Positions 1-11,804 of a DNA stretch of 64,000 nt are shown here, one piece after another. The notes beneath the pieces were generated by a model, which saw only the letters and a list, made by a program, of their open reading frames with translations, was not told the origin of the DNA and did no database searches. This stretch comes from Eledone cirrhosa (lineage: Eukaryota). The position numbers and the translations under genes were made by a program. Where the stretch lies: contig OZ024741.1 of assembly GCA_964016885.1 (NCBI GenBank), positions 344,658,001 through 344,722,000 on the forward strand, in the 5' to 3' direction. Numbering within the stretch: position 1 is the first letter of the stretch; every line of letters begins with the position of its first letter.

Positions 1-495
1 TATATTGTTATACTTTGGGAGGGTCATGTTGCCAATAAGAAACACACGCACCAGTTGCTTTCACTTCAATTTATTATAATAAATTTATAATAAATTTATA
101 AATTTCTGGTTGGTTGGTTGGTTCCACAACCAGATAGTTGTTTATATATAGTCATAGTTCTGTCATAGTTCTGTCCTACGCCATTTTGTTTCCAAAATTG
201 CGTAGGACAGAACAAAGGAGAAGCACAGAAACAAAGAAAGGAATCCCCAGTCACTGAAGAGGTCACAGAGTGTGTGACGAAAGAACTATGACTATATATA
301 AACAACTATCTGGTTGTGGAACCAACCAAACAGAAATTTATAAATTTATTATAAATTTATTATAATAAATTGAAGTGAAAGCAACTGGTGCATGTGTTTC
401 TTATTGGCAACATGACCCTCCCAAAGTATAACAATATCGGTTTCAACACACGATTTCAGATAAAGAATCTTGCTAAACAAATTCGGAAACGAAAT
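1..495 (+). mobile_element. Fold-back, hammerhead-bearing element (family A), probably Penelope-like pLTR-derived, ending in (TA)n
   Basis: About 1-161 is the reverse complement of about 282-437; the spacer holds a small hairpin (168-213) and a hammerhead. A related fold-back fragment lies at about 7288-7412. Confidence 0.75.
249..293 (+). ncRNA. Type I hammerhead ribozyme (family A)
   Basis: AGTCA-CTGAAGA-G-[GTCACA GAGTG TGTGAC]-GAAA-G AA C-TA-TGACT: stem I AGTCA/TGACT, 6-bp stem II, minimal stem III, predicted cleavage after CUA at 288. Confidence 0.8.
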
Positions 496-535
496 ATATA
501 TATATATATATATACACATATATATATATACACAC

Positions 536-594
<59 letters not shown>

Positions 595-812
595 GAGAGA
601 GACATATATATACATATATATATATATATATCTTTAACATTTGCACACACAAACATACATACGCATACATGCAGTGCTTTTCCTATCTAAGTCATATTGT
701 TGCAAGAAGATTTTTGCTTTCCATTCACAAAGTTCTAGATTCTAAGCCTATATTTTCCCATGTAAATAGATATTTCTCAAAAGTTATTCATATATTTAAT
801 CCTGTATAGCAT

Positions 813-1075
813 CATCATCATCATCTTTGTTTTATGTCCATCTTCCATGGTAGCATGGGTTAGACGGGAGTTGTCCCACTTGAGGCAAGGTTGGTCGGGT
901 GACCGTGTCTTACTCGTATAAGACTGTCTGGCAGGTTTACTACGGCTGGATGCCCTTCCTAACACCAGCCACATTTACAGTGTGGAACTGGGAAGTTTTT
1001 ACCGTGTTACCTACACGGCCACATTACAGCATGGACTGTGTTTTTTTTTTTTTTTGTGACACCTACATGATCATT
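813..1075 (-). mobile_element. RTE LINE 3' UTR fragment with (GAT)n tail
   Basis: Contains the ctggatgcccttcctaacacc motif and catcat tail shared with the RTE at 45295-47427. Confidence 0.75.
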
Positions 1076-1220
1076 TGTACATATATAATTATATCCCAGA
1101 AACACAATATTTGAAATAGCCTTCATTTCTTTAATCCCTTCCACATATCTGCAATCAATATTAACTATTGGTTTTCTCTTATGCAAACCATTACTTTTGT
1201 TGTTTGTGTGATTTGTTCAG

Positions 1221-1660
1221 CATCATCATCATCATCGTTTAACGTCCATCTTCCATACTAGTATAGGTTAGAGGGTTTGATCGGGAGGCCGTGCCTCGCT
1301 CGTACGGAAGTCTCTCTGGCAGGTTTTCTATGGCTGGATGACCTTCCTAACACCGCCCACTACCTTTACAGTGTGGACTGGGAGCCTTTTTACCGTGTCT
1401 CCTATGCAGCCACCTTACAGTGTAGACTGTTGAGTCATCGACACAGTGGACGGAACAGGAATGGGAAGATGGGGTAGGGTGTGTGGGATGTAGATTGGGT
1501 TAAGAGGTGCCTACTGACTGTAGGTTTGTATGCAAGGGAAGGCGGGTCTTCTGTACAACTGCATGGCACCAAAGATCTCATTCCAGTGACATTGTCTTAG
1601 AGAGGTGTAAGTGAGCAAGGTCAGTTTTTATCACCTTGTCCCAGGTTTTTCTTGGTTCAT
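1221..1660 (-). mobile_element. Degenerate RTE LINE 3' end
   Basis: (CAT)n tail, 3' UTR motif and end of ORF (ccaggtttttcttggt, reading PRKTW on the minus strand). Confidence 0.7.
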
Positions 1661-1744
1661 ATATATGATAATCTTGGTATATATATCATACCAATCTAGG
1701 ACACCAAAGTATTAAGTATTTCAATGCCATTGCCATTGTAGATT

Positions 1745-1950
1745 TGCAGAATCGGTAGAGTGTCGGACACCATGCTCTGCAGCATAGAGTTGCAGCCCTT
1801 TACGTTCAAATTTCAAATGTCGCTGAGGTTAGCCTTGCCTTTCATCCTTAGGAGGTCTAGAAAATAAAGTACCAGTAATGCACTGGGGTTGATTTAATTG
1901 ACTTTCCTCTCCCCCCAAAATTGCTGGCCTTGTGCCTATAATAGAAATTA
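1745..1950 (+). mobile_element. SINE family 2 (tRNA-like head, core gcctttcatcct...gataaaataaagtaccag)
   Basis: Recurrent element of about 190 bp. Other copies at about 2576-2748, 8786-8965, 10585-10780(-), 13900-14070(-), 28360-28535(-), 32135-32540, 42378-42568(-), 47841-47951, 56936-57122(-), 60856-61048. Confidence 0.75.
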
Positions 1951-1976
1951 TTATTGACAGCACAAGTCCACTAGTG

Positions 1977-2305
1977 CATCATCATCATCTTCACCATTTT
2001 ACGTCTGCTTTTCCCTGCTTGCAAGGGTGGGACGGGTCCTTTTCAGCACAGCATCTCTCCATTCGTCACGGTCCTTCATCATCTCCTCTGTGAGCTTCAG
2101 TGATCTGAGGTCAGCTCTCATCACCTCCGCCCATGTTTTTCGTGGTCTTCCTCTACTGCGTCTTCCTTCCACTGGGATTTCTTGGCACTTCTTTGCCCAG
2201 CAGTGATCCTCCATGCACATTACATGTCCAAACCAACACTGTCTCCTCTCCTGCACACTACAGTTTAACTCTCTTATGCACAGTTTCTCTCTCAACTCTT
2301 CTATG
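1977..2305 (-). mobile_element. RTE LINE 3' end (family with ORF running up to the tail)
   Basis: ORF 1999-2295 has WFGHVMCM...RGRPRKTW...DRDEWR, matching 11824-12450. Confidence 0.85.
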
Positions 2306-3479
2306 CATATTTATAATTGAATATAAAAAGTAAATAATATCCAATTCATCATACAAATGCTAGTTTTATGATTCAGAATTCAGTATGTAATTTAGTAACG
2401 GTCTAATGTTTTGATGTTAGATGGCCACAATATGCACTTCCTTTCAATTTTACACTTTTATGTTTATACTATGTGTAAATCTATGAAATGTATGTGAAAC
2501 GACTTCAGCTTTATAATACATAAAATACATTGAAAAAAGATGCCGAATAAAACCTGCTTATGCTATATTATTACAGGGCGGCAAAGGGTCGGATGCCATG
2601 CTTTGCAGCATAGTTATGCCCCTTTACAGTCTGAGTTCAAATCCTGCCGAGTTAATTTTGCTTTTCATCCTCATGGGTCGATAAATTAAAGCACCAGTAA
2701 TGCACTGGGGTAATTGCTGACCTTGTGCCAAAAGTAGAAACAATTATTACAGAAAACTATCTGTGTGTTTATTGTGTTACATTTTGTACATATGTGTGTA
2801 TGTTTGCTTCTAATGTTTGAAGTAATTTCAGGAGATGCTTATGAGCAGTAGTTTGCAGAAAAAAGGGTAGAGTGTGCAACAGCCCCGGACTTCTATATCG
2901 GGGTAAGTAGTGAAGCCATCCAACCACAGAGCCATGCAGGGTTATTTAGTCTATATGGTTACTGAGTGCAATGCCTACTTAGATTTCTCAACTGCCCATT
3001 CAAAATATGCATACAGTTTTCCACCTAGATCAAAAGGCTTTTATTACCTTGAAATTTGATGCTTATGATCAGACAAAACTTATATGGCTGATTTTAAATT
3101 AATTTCATGTTTCATTTGTTTTTACACATTTAAAATGTGTTCCTTGCTCATATTTCTCAGTACTAGGCTGTATACAATCAAGGAGTTGGTGCTGGACATC
3201 ACCAAACTTCTGCACACTATTGCGTTTGAGCGTATAAAATACACTCGATATATATATATGTGTTTCTGAGTATAGACATCAGTGTGGATGTCCTGAAGAA
3301 ACATGAAATTAAAGTAAAACAACGGATTAATTAACTACTCCACCTTGTCTTATTCTTTCATTGTTTAACATTTTATATATATATGTATATATATACATAC
3401 ACACATACATATAAACCATCGTCACCTCTTCTTTGTTTCCAAGTATATTTTTTTCTATTTTTCAATTTTCTCATTCATA

Positions 3480-3950
3480 ATGGTGCCTCAGGTAGTTGGC
3501 AGGACTGATTTTTTTTCTAAAGAAAGATTGTTTACACTGGTCACAGCTAATTGTCGGTGGAGGTCTTGGTTGAAGGTGGTGACGTTTTTTTGTTGCAGCC
3601 TCCTATCCGTCTCACTTTTCTGCCGACCTTTCTTAACATGTTCTGCACCGATCTTGATAAGATGACGCCACACTGTTCTATCTTTTGTATGTTGTCCCCA
3701 GAAATCAGGGATGAAGCTGGGGCTCTTTATTTCAATTTGTCTTCGTAATGTTACATGGTATAGCTGTGTGATCTCTTACCTGTACAATTGGGGACTTGAC
3801 ATTGCAGTCTGGTGCTATTAAGGAGGCGAATATGACCTGTCTATCTAAGGCAATGTTTGATGCTGCTGTTGGCATTAACTAGTTCAAAGACTGTAAGGTT
3901 GCTGACATAGCCCTACAATTTCATGCTCTTAAGTGATTGAACTTTCTATT
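3480..3950 (-). mobile_element. Degenerate RTE (BovB-like) C-terminal fragment
   Basis: Minus strand reads YEDKLK...KDRTVWRHLIKIG, typical of an RTE ORF end; frames are disrupted. Confidence 0.5.
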
Positions 3951-4809
3951 GATTTAATTTATATATAAATTTGAGTGATTTCCGTCTATCCGTAACACAA
4001 TGTGTGTGTTTGTGTGAACGTATGTCTGTGAGTGTATTTTTGTATGTCTGTCTGTGTTTGCATGTTTATATTTATATACTCATACATATAAATGTATGCA
4101 TATGCACATACATATGTGCACACACACATATATATACGCATACGCATTAGCGTGTTGAAAAAAATCCAACAATGACCAAGTTTAAATTAATTAACTCCAT
4201 ACTAGATATAATTTGTAGAGAATAGATTGTTATTTGGATTTTCATATATGTATTATATATACAGACATACAGGCACACACACATATACACATATATTATA
4301 TATATAAGCATGTGCGTATATTTATGTAAATGCAATTGTATAAAAAATACATTTCACATATGTAATAGTGTTTATGTTTGTTTAGATGCATTGCTTTTAG
4401 ATGCATTGCTTTTATATATATATATATATATTAATATTAATAAGAGGAATTCCAACTTTGTCTGATTTACTCGTTTTATTTACAATCCTTTAAAATATAT
4501 ATAATGGTATTATAATGAAATAGTATGATAGAATATTAAATTCTAAGTGTTAATTGAACAAGTACTTTCATGCTTTCGCAATCTTCAGGTTCATGATATG
4601 TGGTGACAGTCGAGTTTGCAATTTTCAACTGTAATGAGATGGGTAAATTTCCTACCTTTTATACATTTTATACAGAGAAAAGTGGCTCCAGAATGCAAAG
4701 CCCTGTAAACTGTATTTCGACCAATCAGTGTGTAGTTTCACTGAATTACTACAGCTGATTGGTTTAAGCGTCACGGCTGGTTTAGCATGCTCAACCAGCC
4801 GTGACGCTT

Positions 4810-4920
4810 AAACCAATCAGCTGTAGTAATTCAGTGAAACTACACACTGATTGGTCGAAATACAGTTTACAGGGCTTTGCATTCTGGAGCCACTTTTCTC
4901 TGTATAAAATGTATAAAAGG
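4810..4920 (+). promoter_or_regulatory. Pol II promoter-like region of the hammerhead element
   Basis: CCAATCAG near 4813, inverted CTGATTGG near 4847, two TATAAAA at about 4903 and 4912, roughly 70 nt upstream of the hammerhead. Confidence 0.4.
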
Positions 4921-4981
4921 TAGGAAATTTACCCATCTCATTACAGTTGAAAATTGCAAACTCGACTGTCACCACATATCA

Positions 4982-5020
4982 TGAACCTGAAGATTGCGAA
5001 AGCATGAAAGTACTTGTTCA
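4982..5020 (+). ncRNA. Minimal type I hammerhead ribozyme (mirror copy on minus strand at 4555-4593)
   Basis: TGAAC-CTGAAGA-T[TGC GAAA GCA]T-GAAA-GTAC-TT-GTTCA: stem I TGAAC/GTTCA, GNRA-capped stem II, palindromic stem/loop III, cleavage predicted after 5015. Confidence 0.8.
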
Positions 5021-5273
5021 ATTAACACTTAGAATTTAATATTCTATCATACTATTTCATTATAATACCATTATATATATTTTAAAGGATTGTAAATAAA
5101 ACGAGTAAATCAGACAAAGTTGGAATTCCTCTTATTAATATTAATATAATCTTCTATACACAATCATACACACCCGTGTATATTTACCTATCTATATCTA
5201 TATATATATCTATATATATATATATATATATTCATCATTGTATCTCGTTGGCTTGACTACAGGTGAAGCTTCA

Positions 5274-5304
<31 letters not shown>

Positions 5305-5653
5305 ATCATCATCATCATCATCATTTCATTTTACGTCCGCTTTTTCCCTGCTTGCAAGGGTGAGACAGGAACTGATTCTGGCTTGATTTCTACAACTGGA
5401 TGCCCTTCCTAACACCAACCTCATTTACAGTGGGTGCTGGGTGCTTTTTGGCCATGGCACCTGCACGACCACTTTGCAGTGGAGTGATATGGACCCCAGT
5501 CCCTATCATCTCATTTCTACAGCTGAGTAAACTGGAGCAATGTGAAATAAAGTGTCTTGCTCAAGGAAACAACACATCACCCGGTCTAAGAATTGAACTC
5601 ACAACCTTTCGATTGCGAGGCCAATGCTCTAACCACTAAGCCATGTGCCTCCA
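5305..5653 (-). mobile_element. Full-length tRNA-derived SINE family 1 with RTE-derived 3' tail
   Basis: Head tggaggcacatggcttagtggttagagc (A box) and gagttcaattc (B box), core tccttgagcaagacacttt, RTE 3' UTR and (GAT)n tail. Copies at 25164-25487(+) and 43330-43610(-). Confidence 0.85.
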
Positions 5654-5663
5654 TATATATATA

Positions 5664-5870
5664 TATAGTGGTAGAACACTGGAAGGTAATATCCGTAGTA
5701 GTAGAGCACTCAGTCCATGGGACGAGTTAGGTAGAAGTGGTTACACAACAGTTAGTTCACCATACCGAGAACAATTGTTTCACCTCAGCGGATCCTCAGC
5801 TCGTAATTACGACTGATGGACTGAGTGCTCTACTACTACGGATATTACCTTCCAGTGTTCTACCACTATA
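5664..5870 (-). mobile_element. Fold-back hammerhead element (family B) in (TA)n
   Basis: Inverted arms of about 55 bp (5664-5718 and 5816-5870) flank a hammerhead; the 3' tail recurs at about 38420-38500. Confidence 0.8.
5766..5803 (-). ncRNA. Minimal type I hammerhead ribozyme (family B)
   Basis: Minus strand reads CGAG-CTGAGGA-T[CC GCTGA GG]T-GAAA-CAATTG-TT-CTCG; palindromic stem III, GUU cleavage triplet. Confidence 0.75.
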
Positions 5871-5973
5871 TATATATATATAAATAAATGTAAGTTTAGT
5901 AAAATCGAAGCTTCAGCTGTAGCCAAGCCAACGAGATACAATGAGGAATATATATATATATATATATATATAT

Positions 5974-7012
5974 CATCATCATCATCATCATCATCGTTTA
6001 ACGTCCATGTTCCACGCTTGCATGGGTTTGGACGGGAGTTTTCCCACTTGAGGCAAGAGTGGTTGTCTTGCTCGCATAGGACTGTCTGGTGGGTTTTCTA
6101 CAGCTGGATGCCCTTCCTAACACCAAACACATTTACAGTGTGGGACTGGGAGGTTTTTACCGTGTTGCCTACACGGCCACATTTACAGCGTGGACTGTGT
6201 GTTTTTTGTCGTGACACCTACACGATCTCATTTGTTTCGGCCTGGATGTTGTGGCACCAATATAACTTTACATTGAAAGGGGCGGTGTGGATGGGGTGGT
6301 GGTGGTGGGACGGGGGGGGTATTTTGTTAGAGATGCCTACTGACTGTAGTAGGTTTTACTTTGTATTTAGGTAAGGCGGGTCTTCTCTATTACTGAGTAC
6401 CGCCAAAGGTCTCGGAGAGGTGTAAGTGTGTGAGGTCGGAATTTATCAGCTCGTCCCAGGTTTTTCTGGGTCTGCCTACTCTGTGGCTACCATCTATCTT
6501 TATTGCCCTGCACTTTGTTATACAGCTGTCGTCTTTCATGCGCATCACGTGACCATACCAACGTAGCCTTCTCTCGAGTAAACAACATCTGATCCCTCTT
6601 ATTTCTAATTTTTTCCTTAGTTCGTTTATGTTTTGCCGTTCACGTATATTACTATTACACATCCAGCAGAGCATGCAAGCTTCGTTCCTCTCTAGTCTGC
6701 GTATATCCTCTGCACACAATGCCCAGGTCTCACTGCCATGCAACATTGCTGTTCGTATGCAGGCATCATACACCCTGCCTTTCATTTTTAGGGAGAACCC
6801 TTTAGCGGCTAATAGTGGTATAAGCTCTCTGAACTTTTTCCATCCAGTTCTGACTCTAGCTACTGTACTTTCAGAGCACCCTCCCCCACTGCTGATTTTG
6901 TCACCCAGGTAACGGATGCTGTCCACTATTTCTATAGAACCCTCTGCGCAATTGAAAGAGCTAGTATTTTCTGGGCACTTGCTGCTACTTATTGCACCAG
7001 AGCACCGGCCAC
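5974..7012 (-). mobile_element. 5'-truncated RTE LINE between (TA)n tracts
   Basis: ORF 6390-6926 has RYLG, MLHGSETW, RRLRWYGHVMR and GRPRKTW; 3' UTR and (GAT)n tail follow. Confidence 0.92.
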
Positions 7013-7430
7013 ATATATATATATATATATATAGTGTGTGTGTGTGTGCTAAACTTATATAATATGTTTACAAGTGAGACATGAGTTGGAAAAAAAGAAA
7101 ACTTCCACAATATATCACGCTTGTAAATATATAACTTACATATATTAAAAAATCATTTAGATTATTTTAAACATACATACATAAACACATGCATCCTGCT
7201 ATATCAAGCTTTAACCTAATATATCCCTTCCATATACTGTACCGATTGTGTTGTTATTTCTGTTTCCATTATATGTATATATATATATATTTCGTTTCTG
7301 AATTTGTTTAGCAAGATTCTTTATCTGAAAACGTGTGTTGAAACCGATATTGTTATGCTTTGGGTGCGTGTGTTCTTTATTGGCAACATGACCCTCCCAA
7401 AGCATAACAATATATATATATCTATATATA

Positions 7431-7472
<42 letters not shown>

Positions 7473-8389
7473 AACATATATACAGATACATATCATCACC
7501 GTTTTTATTTTTTTAAAGCAGATTATATACTCACACACATATATACGTGTGTGTGTGTGTGTGTGTATACATATGTGTCTGTGTATATATATATATGCAT
7601 TTATATACACAAGGAGAGAAGCTAGGCGACAAGAAGCAGAAAATAAAAAAATTAAGCATGATTTGCAGAGTTGGGACCAAAGGCATGAGGTGTTCAGGAT
7701 TGCAAGTCAGTGTGTCAGGGAAACTTGTGATGTTGATGGGGAGAAGTGTTTCCAAGATGATAATGGCATAATTGCCCTCACTTATGCTGAAAAGAAGTTG
7801 TATGCTATTCCATCAGCCATAGTTGAGCACTGCCACCCTACATGCATGTATGTATGTATTTATGTATGTATGTATGCACGCATGCATGCATGCATGTGTG
7901 TGTAGGTATATGTGTATGTATGTATGTATGTATGTATGTACCTACCTGTAACTCCTTGTAGGGTTATAGGGGCGCCATAATGACATACAGTGTTTCTTGG
8001 AACCTATCCCTTCTCCAGGTCTGAAAACAGTTGAGTTGTTTTAAAGAGAGAGAAAATGAGAAAGATATATAAAGGAAGAACCTACCTCAGTACTGGACTG
8101 GTACTTTTTTATTGACCTCAAAATGATAAAAAGCAAAGTCGACCTCAGCAGGATTTGAACTAAGAATGTAGAGGGCGGGAGCGAATGCAGCAAATTATTC
8201 TATTGATGTTCTAATGCCTCTGCCAATTTACCACACATGTTTAAATGTATGCATATCTTATATAGGGCATCAAAATCCATTTCAGTCAAATGCACCAAGG
8301 ATGCAGCATCTGTTAAGGGTGATCTGTTCAAATAGCATGCCACATCTGGCATAGAATAATTCAAGAGGAAGTTGCTGCTCAGTAATCAC

Positions 8390-8621
8390 TTAACCCTTTA
8401 TCATTTACATTACTCTATATATACTCCTATTATATTTTCATGTTAAAATCTTTACCTCTCATAATTATCTCACATAATATGAAATCTATGAGATTTTGAT
8501 ATTATTTATTTTGAGAACAATACCTTAACATCAGTATGAGTGGCTGGTTACAGCTGATTTGAACAGAAAGAGATGATAGAATTCTGGCCGGATACAGCCA
8601 GTTTAAATGCTAATGGGTTAA
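8390..8621 (+). mobile_element. piggyBac-type MITE (about 230 bp, TTAA target duplication)
   Basis: TTAA-CCCTTTA(G/T)CATTT...AAATGCTAA(A/T)GGG-TTAA terminal inverted repeats; six copies in the window. Confidence 0.8.
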
Positions 8622-9189
8622 GGGCCCATGACAGAAAACCTATCTTCTGATATCGGCTAAGGACTGCAACAAGAAAATGGTTTTTGCTCAGACTCTAGTC
8701 AGTGACACACACACACTTTCTCTCTCACACACACACATCATATATGTCTATGTATATACATGTCTATGTGTATATGTTATGTATTTTGGCAGTATCAGTA
8801 GAGAGTCGGACGCCATGCTTTCCAGCATAGTTACGTCCCTTTACGGTCTGAGTTCAAATCCCGCCGAGGTTAACTTTGACTTTCATCCTTACGGGGTCGA
8901 TAAAATAAAGTACCAGTAATGTACTGGGTAATTGCTGGCCTTGTGCCAAAAGTAGAAACAATTATGTATCCAGATGCATATGTATCATTATATACATGCA
9001 TTTTTCTGCATGTATACCATTGGTAAGTTATTTATGTATAAGATATGTCTGTGCATGCATGACTTCATGTACATATATGTGTGTATATGTATTGTGTGTA
9101 TATGTATTGTTGTTGTTGTTAGTTTAAAGACAATAGGTTCTTAATGAACTAGTTACATGTGTCTTTTGTTAGTTCGAAGGAAGGTGTTT

Positions 9190-10580
9190 CAGTTATGTTG
9201 TGGTTGGTGTTGGTTTTAGCTTTGGTGTTGGTGGTGGTGGTGGTGGTGAAAATGTGGGGGTTGTGGTGGTGGTTGTGAACATGTTCGTGGTGGTAGTGAA
9301 GATGGTTGTGATAATGTTGGTGGTATTTGTGACAATGCTGGTGGTGGTGGTGGTGGTGGTGGTGATGGAGGTGGTTGTGGTAATGTTGGTCGTGATGGTG
9401 GTGGTTGTGGCAATATTGGTAGTGGTTGTGGTTGTGGTAATGTTGGTCGTGGTGGTGGTGGTTGTGGCAATATTGGTAGTGGTTGTGGTAATGTTGGTAG
9501 TGGTGGTGGTGACGGTTGTGGTGGTGATTGTGGTAGTGATGGTGGTGGTTATTGGTGATGGTTGTGGTAATGTTGGTGGTGGTTGTGACAGTGTTGGTGG
9601 TGGTGGTGTTGGTAGTGATGGTGGTGGTTGTGACAATGTTGGTGGTGGTGGTGGTGTTGGTAGTGATGGTGGTGGTGGTGGTGGTGGTGGTGGTAGTGGT
9701 GGTGGTGGTGTTGGTAGTGGTGGTGGTGGTTGTGACAATGTTGGTGGTGGTGATGGTTGTTGTTGTTGTGGTGATGGTGGTGGTTGTGACAATGTTGTTG
9801 TTGGTGGTGGTGGTCATTGGTGGCAATGTTGGTGGTGGTTTTTGTGGTGGTGATGGTGGTGGTTGTGATGGTGGCAATTATGGGGGTGGTTGTGGCAATG
9901 TTGGTGGTGCTTGTGATAACGTTAGTGGTATTTGTGACGATGTTGGTTGAGGTGGTGGTGGTGATTGTGGTAATGATGGTGGTGGTTGTGGTGGTGGTGG
10001 TGGTGATGGTGGTTGCGGTAATGTTGGTGGTGATAATGTTGGTGGTTGTGACTATGCTGGTTGTGGTTGTGGTGGTGGTGATGGCGGTGGCAATGTTGGT
10101 GGTGGTGGTGGTTATGACAAAGTTGGTAGAGGTGGTGGTGGTGGTGGTGGTGGTGGTGGTGGTTGTGACTATGTTGGTTGTTGTGGTGGTGGTGGCAGCA
10201 GTAGTAATAATAGTGTTGGTTGTTATAGTAGTTGGGGTGGAGGGATGGTAACAGCAGCAGTAGTTGTAGAAGTGTTCTTTGATGGTGGTGCTGATGGGAG
10301 TGGTGGTGTTGGTAATGGTAAGGGTGTGTTTGTAAGTTGTGGTGGTAGTGGTGTGTTGTTTTTGTTGTTAGTAGTGGTAGTGCTTATAATGGTTGTGGTT
10401 GTGATGTTGTTGATAGCAATGGTGTTTGTATTGTTGTAGGTTGTTGCAGTGGTGGTGTTTGTATTGTTTGATGGTGGAAATCGTAGTGGTGGTGGAGGTG
10501 GAGGTGGTGTTGATGGTAATATTTGCAATGTTTGTTGATATGGTGGTGGTGGTGGTGGTGGTTGTGGTGGTTGTAATGGT
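9190..10580. repeat. Degenerate (GGT/GTT)n trinucleotide low-complexity tract
   Basis: Direct reading; similar tract at 11450-11670. Confidence 0.95.
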
Positions 10581-11804
10581 TTTAATAATTATTTCTACTA
10601 AAGGCACAATGCCAGAAATTTGATTAAATTGACCCTCAGTGCATTACTGGTATTTTATTTCATTGAACCAGCACGGATGAAAGGCAAAGTTAAGCTCAGC
10701 GGGATTTGAACTCAGAATGTAAAGGGCCGTAACTCTATGATACAAAGCAGGGTGTCCAGCACCCTACTGATACTATCCTGACTTAGTGGTTAGGGTGTTT
10801 GGTTCACAGTTGTAGGTGTGTAAGTTCAATTCCTGGCAGGGTGTCGCTTTATTTCTTATCTGCAAAGAAGAGTTATACATCATCATCATCATCATCATCA
10901 TCATAACCATTTTATATCCATTTTTCCATGCTTGTATGAATTGGAACTGTTATTCAAAGGGCTAGCATCGTCACACCCTACCTGTGTCACATTGAATCTC
11001 TTTGATTACTACATTAAGGGTGCACGTGTCTGTGGAATGCTCAGCCACTTGTCCATTAATATCAAGAGCAGGCAGTTCTGTTGATCGAGTCAACTGGAAC
11101 ACTGGTCACCGGAAATGCCGAAAGTCCAACACACAAGTTAGTAATATGTTATTTGTCATGAGAGAGAGAGATAAAAGCAGAGAGAGAGAAAGAGAGAGAT
11201 GAAAATAGAGAGGGGTTGGAGAGAGAGGAAGAGAGATAGAGTGAAAGATGAAAATAGAGAGGGTTGGAGAGAAAGAGAGATAAATGAAAAGAGAGAGGGG
11301 TTGGATAGAAAGAGAGAGAGAGAAAAAGGAAGAGAGAGAAAGAGAAAGGGACAGAGGGAGAGAGAGAGCTCTATATAGACAAAGATAATCAGTTCACCAT
11401 TTCTATCGTCTATGATATACAGTATATTGTGTGGTTGTGTGGTATTTCTACTGTGGTGGTGGTGGTGGTAGTAGTGGTGGTACTGGTGGTGGTGGTAGTG
11501 GTGGTGTGGTGGTAGTGGTGATGGTGGTAGTAGTGGTGGTGGTACTGGTGGTGGTGGTAGTGGTAGTAGTGGTGGTGGTGGTAATAGTGGTGGTGGTGGT
11601 AGCGGTACTGGTGGTGGTGGTGGTAGTGGTGATAGTGGTGGTAGTAGTGGTGGTGGTGATGGTGGTGGAAAGTATGGCTACTGTTGGAAGGTGTGGTAGT
11701 GTAAGTGGTCTCCAGCTGACAGATGATGACAGGGAGTGTCCTGAAGCACAAACATTAATTAATTTGCTTTGTACATACATACACACTCACTTACATTCTA
11801 CATA

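Larger units (their letters stand above)
4427..5148. mobile_element. Near-perfect 722-bp palindrome, hammerhead element (family E), between (TA)n tracts
   Basis: Arms of about 360 bp, centre AGCA|TGCT at 4787/4788; each arm has CCAAT boxes, TATAAAA and a hammerhead. Confidence 0.9.

Noticed and set aside
3285-3315. CTGAAGA...GAAA possible hammerhead
   Set aside because: No stem II or stem I pairing could be formed.
5570-5653. tRNA gene
   Set aside because: It is a tRNA-like SINE head with A and B boxes, attached to a SINE body; no proper acceptor stem.
9149-10623. Thr/His/Pro- or Val/Gly-rich ORFs resembling mucins
   Set aside because: Degenerate trinucleotide repeat open in most frames; no domain or convincing splice structure.
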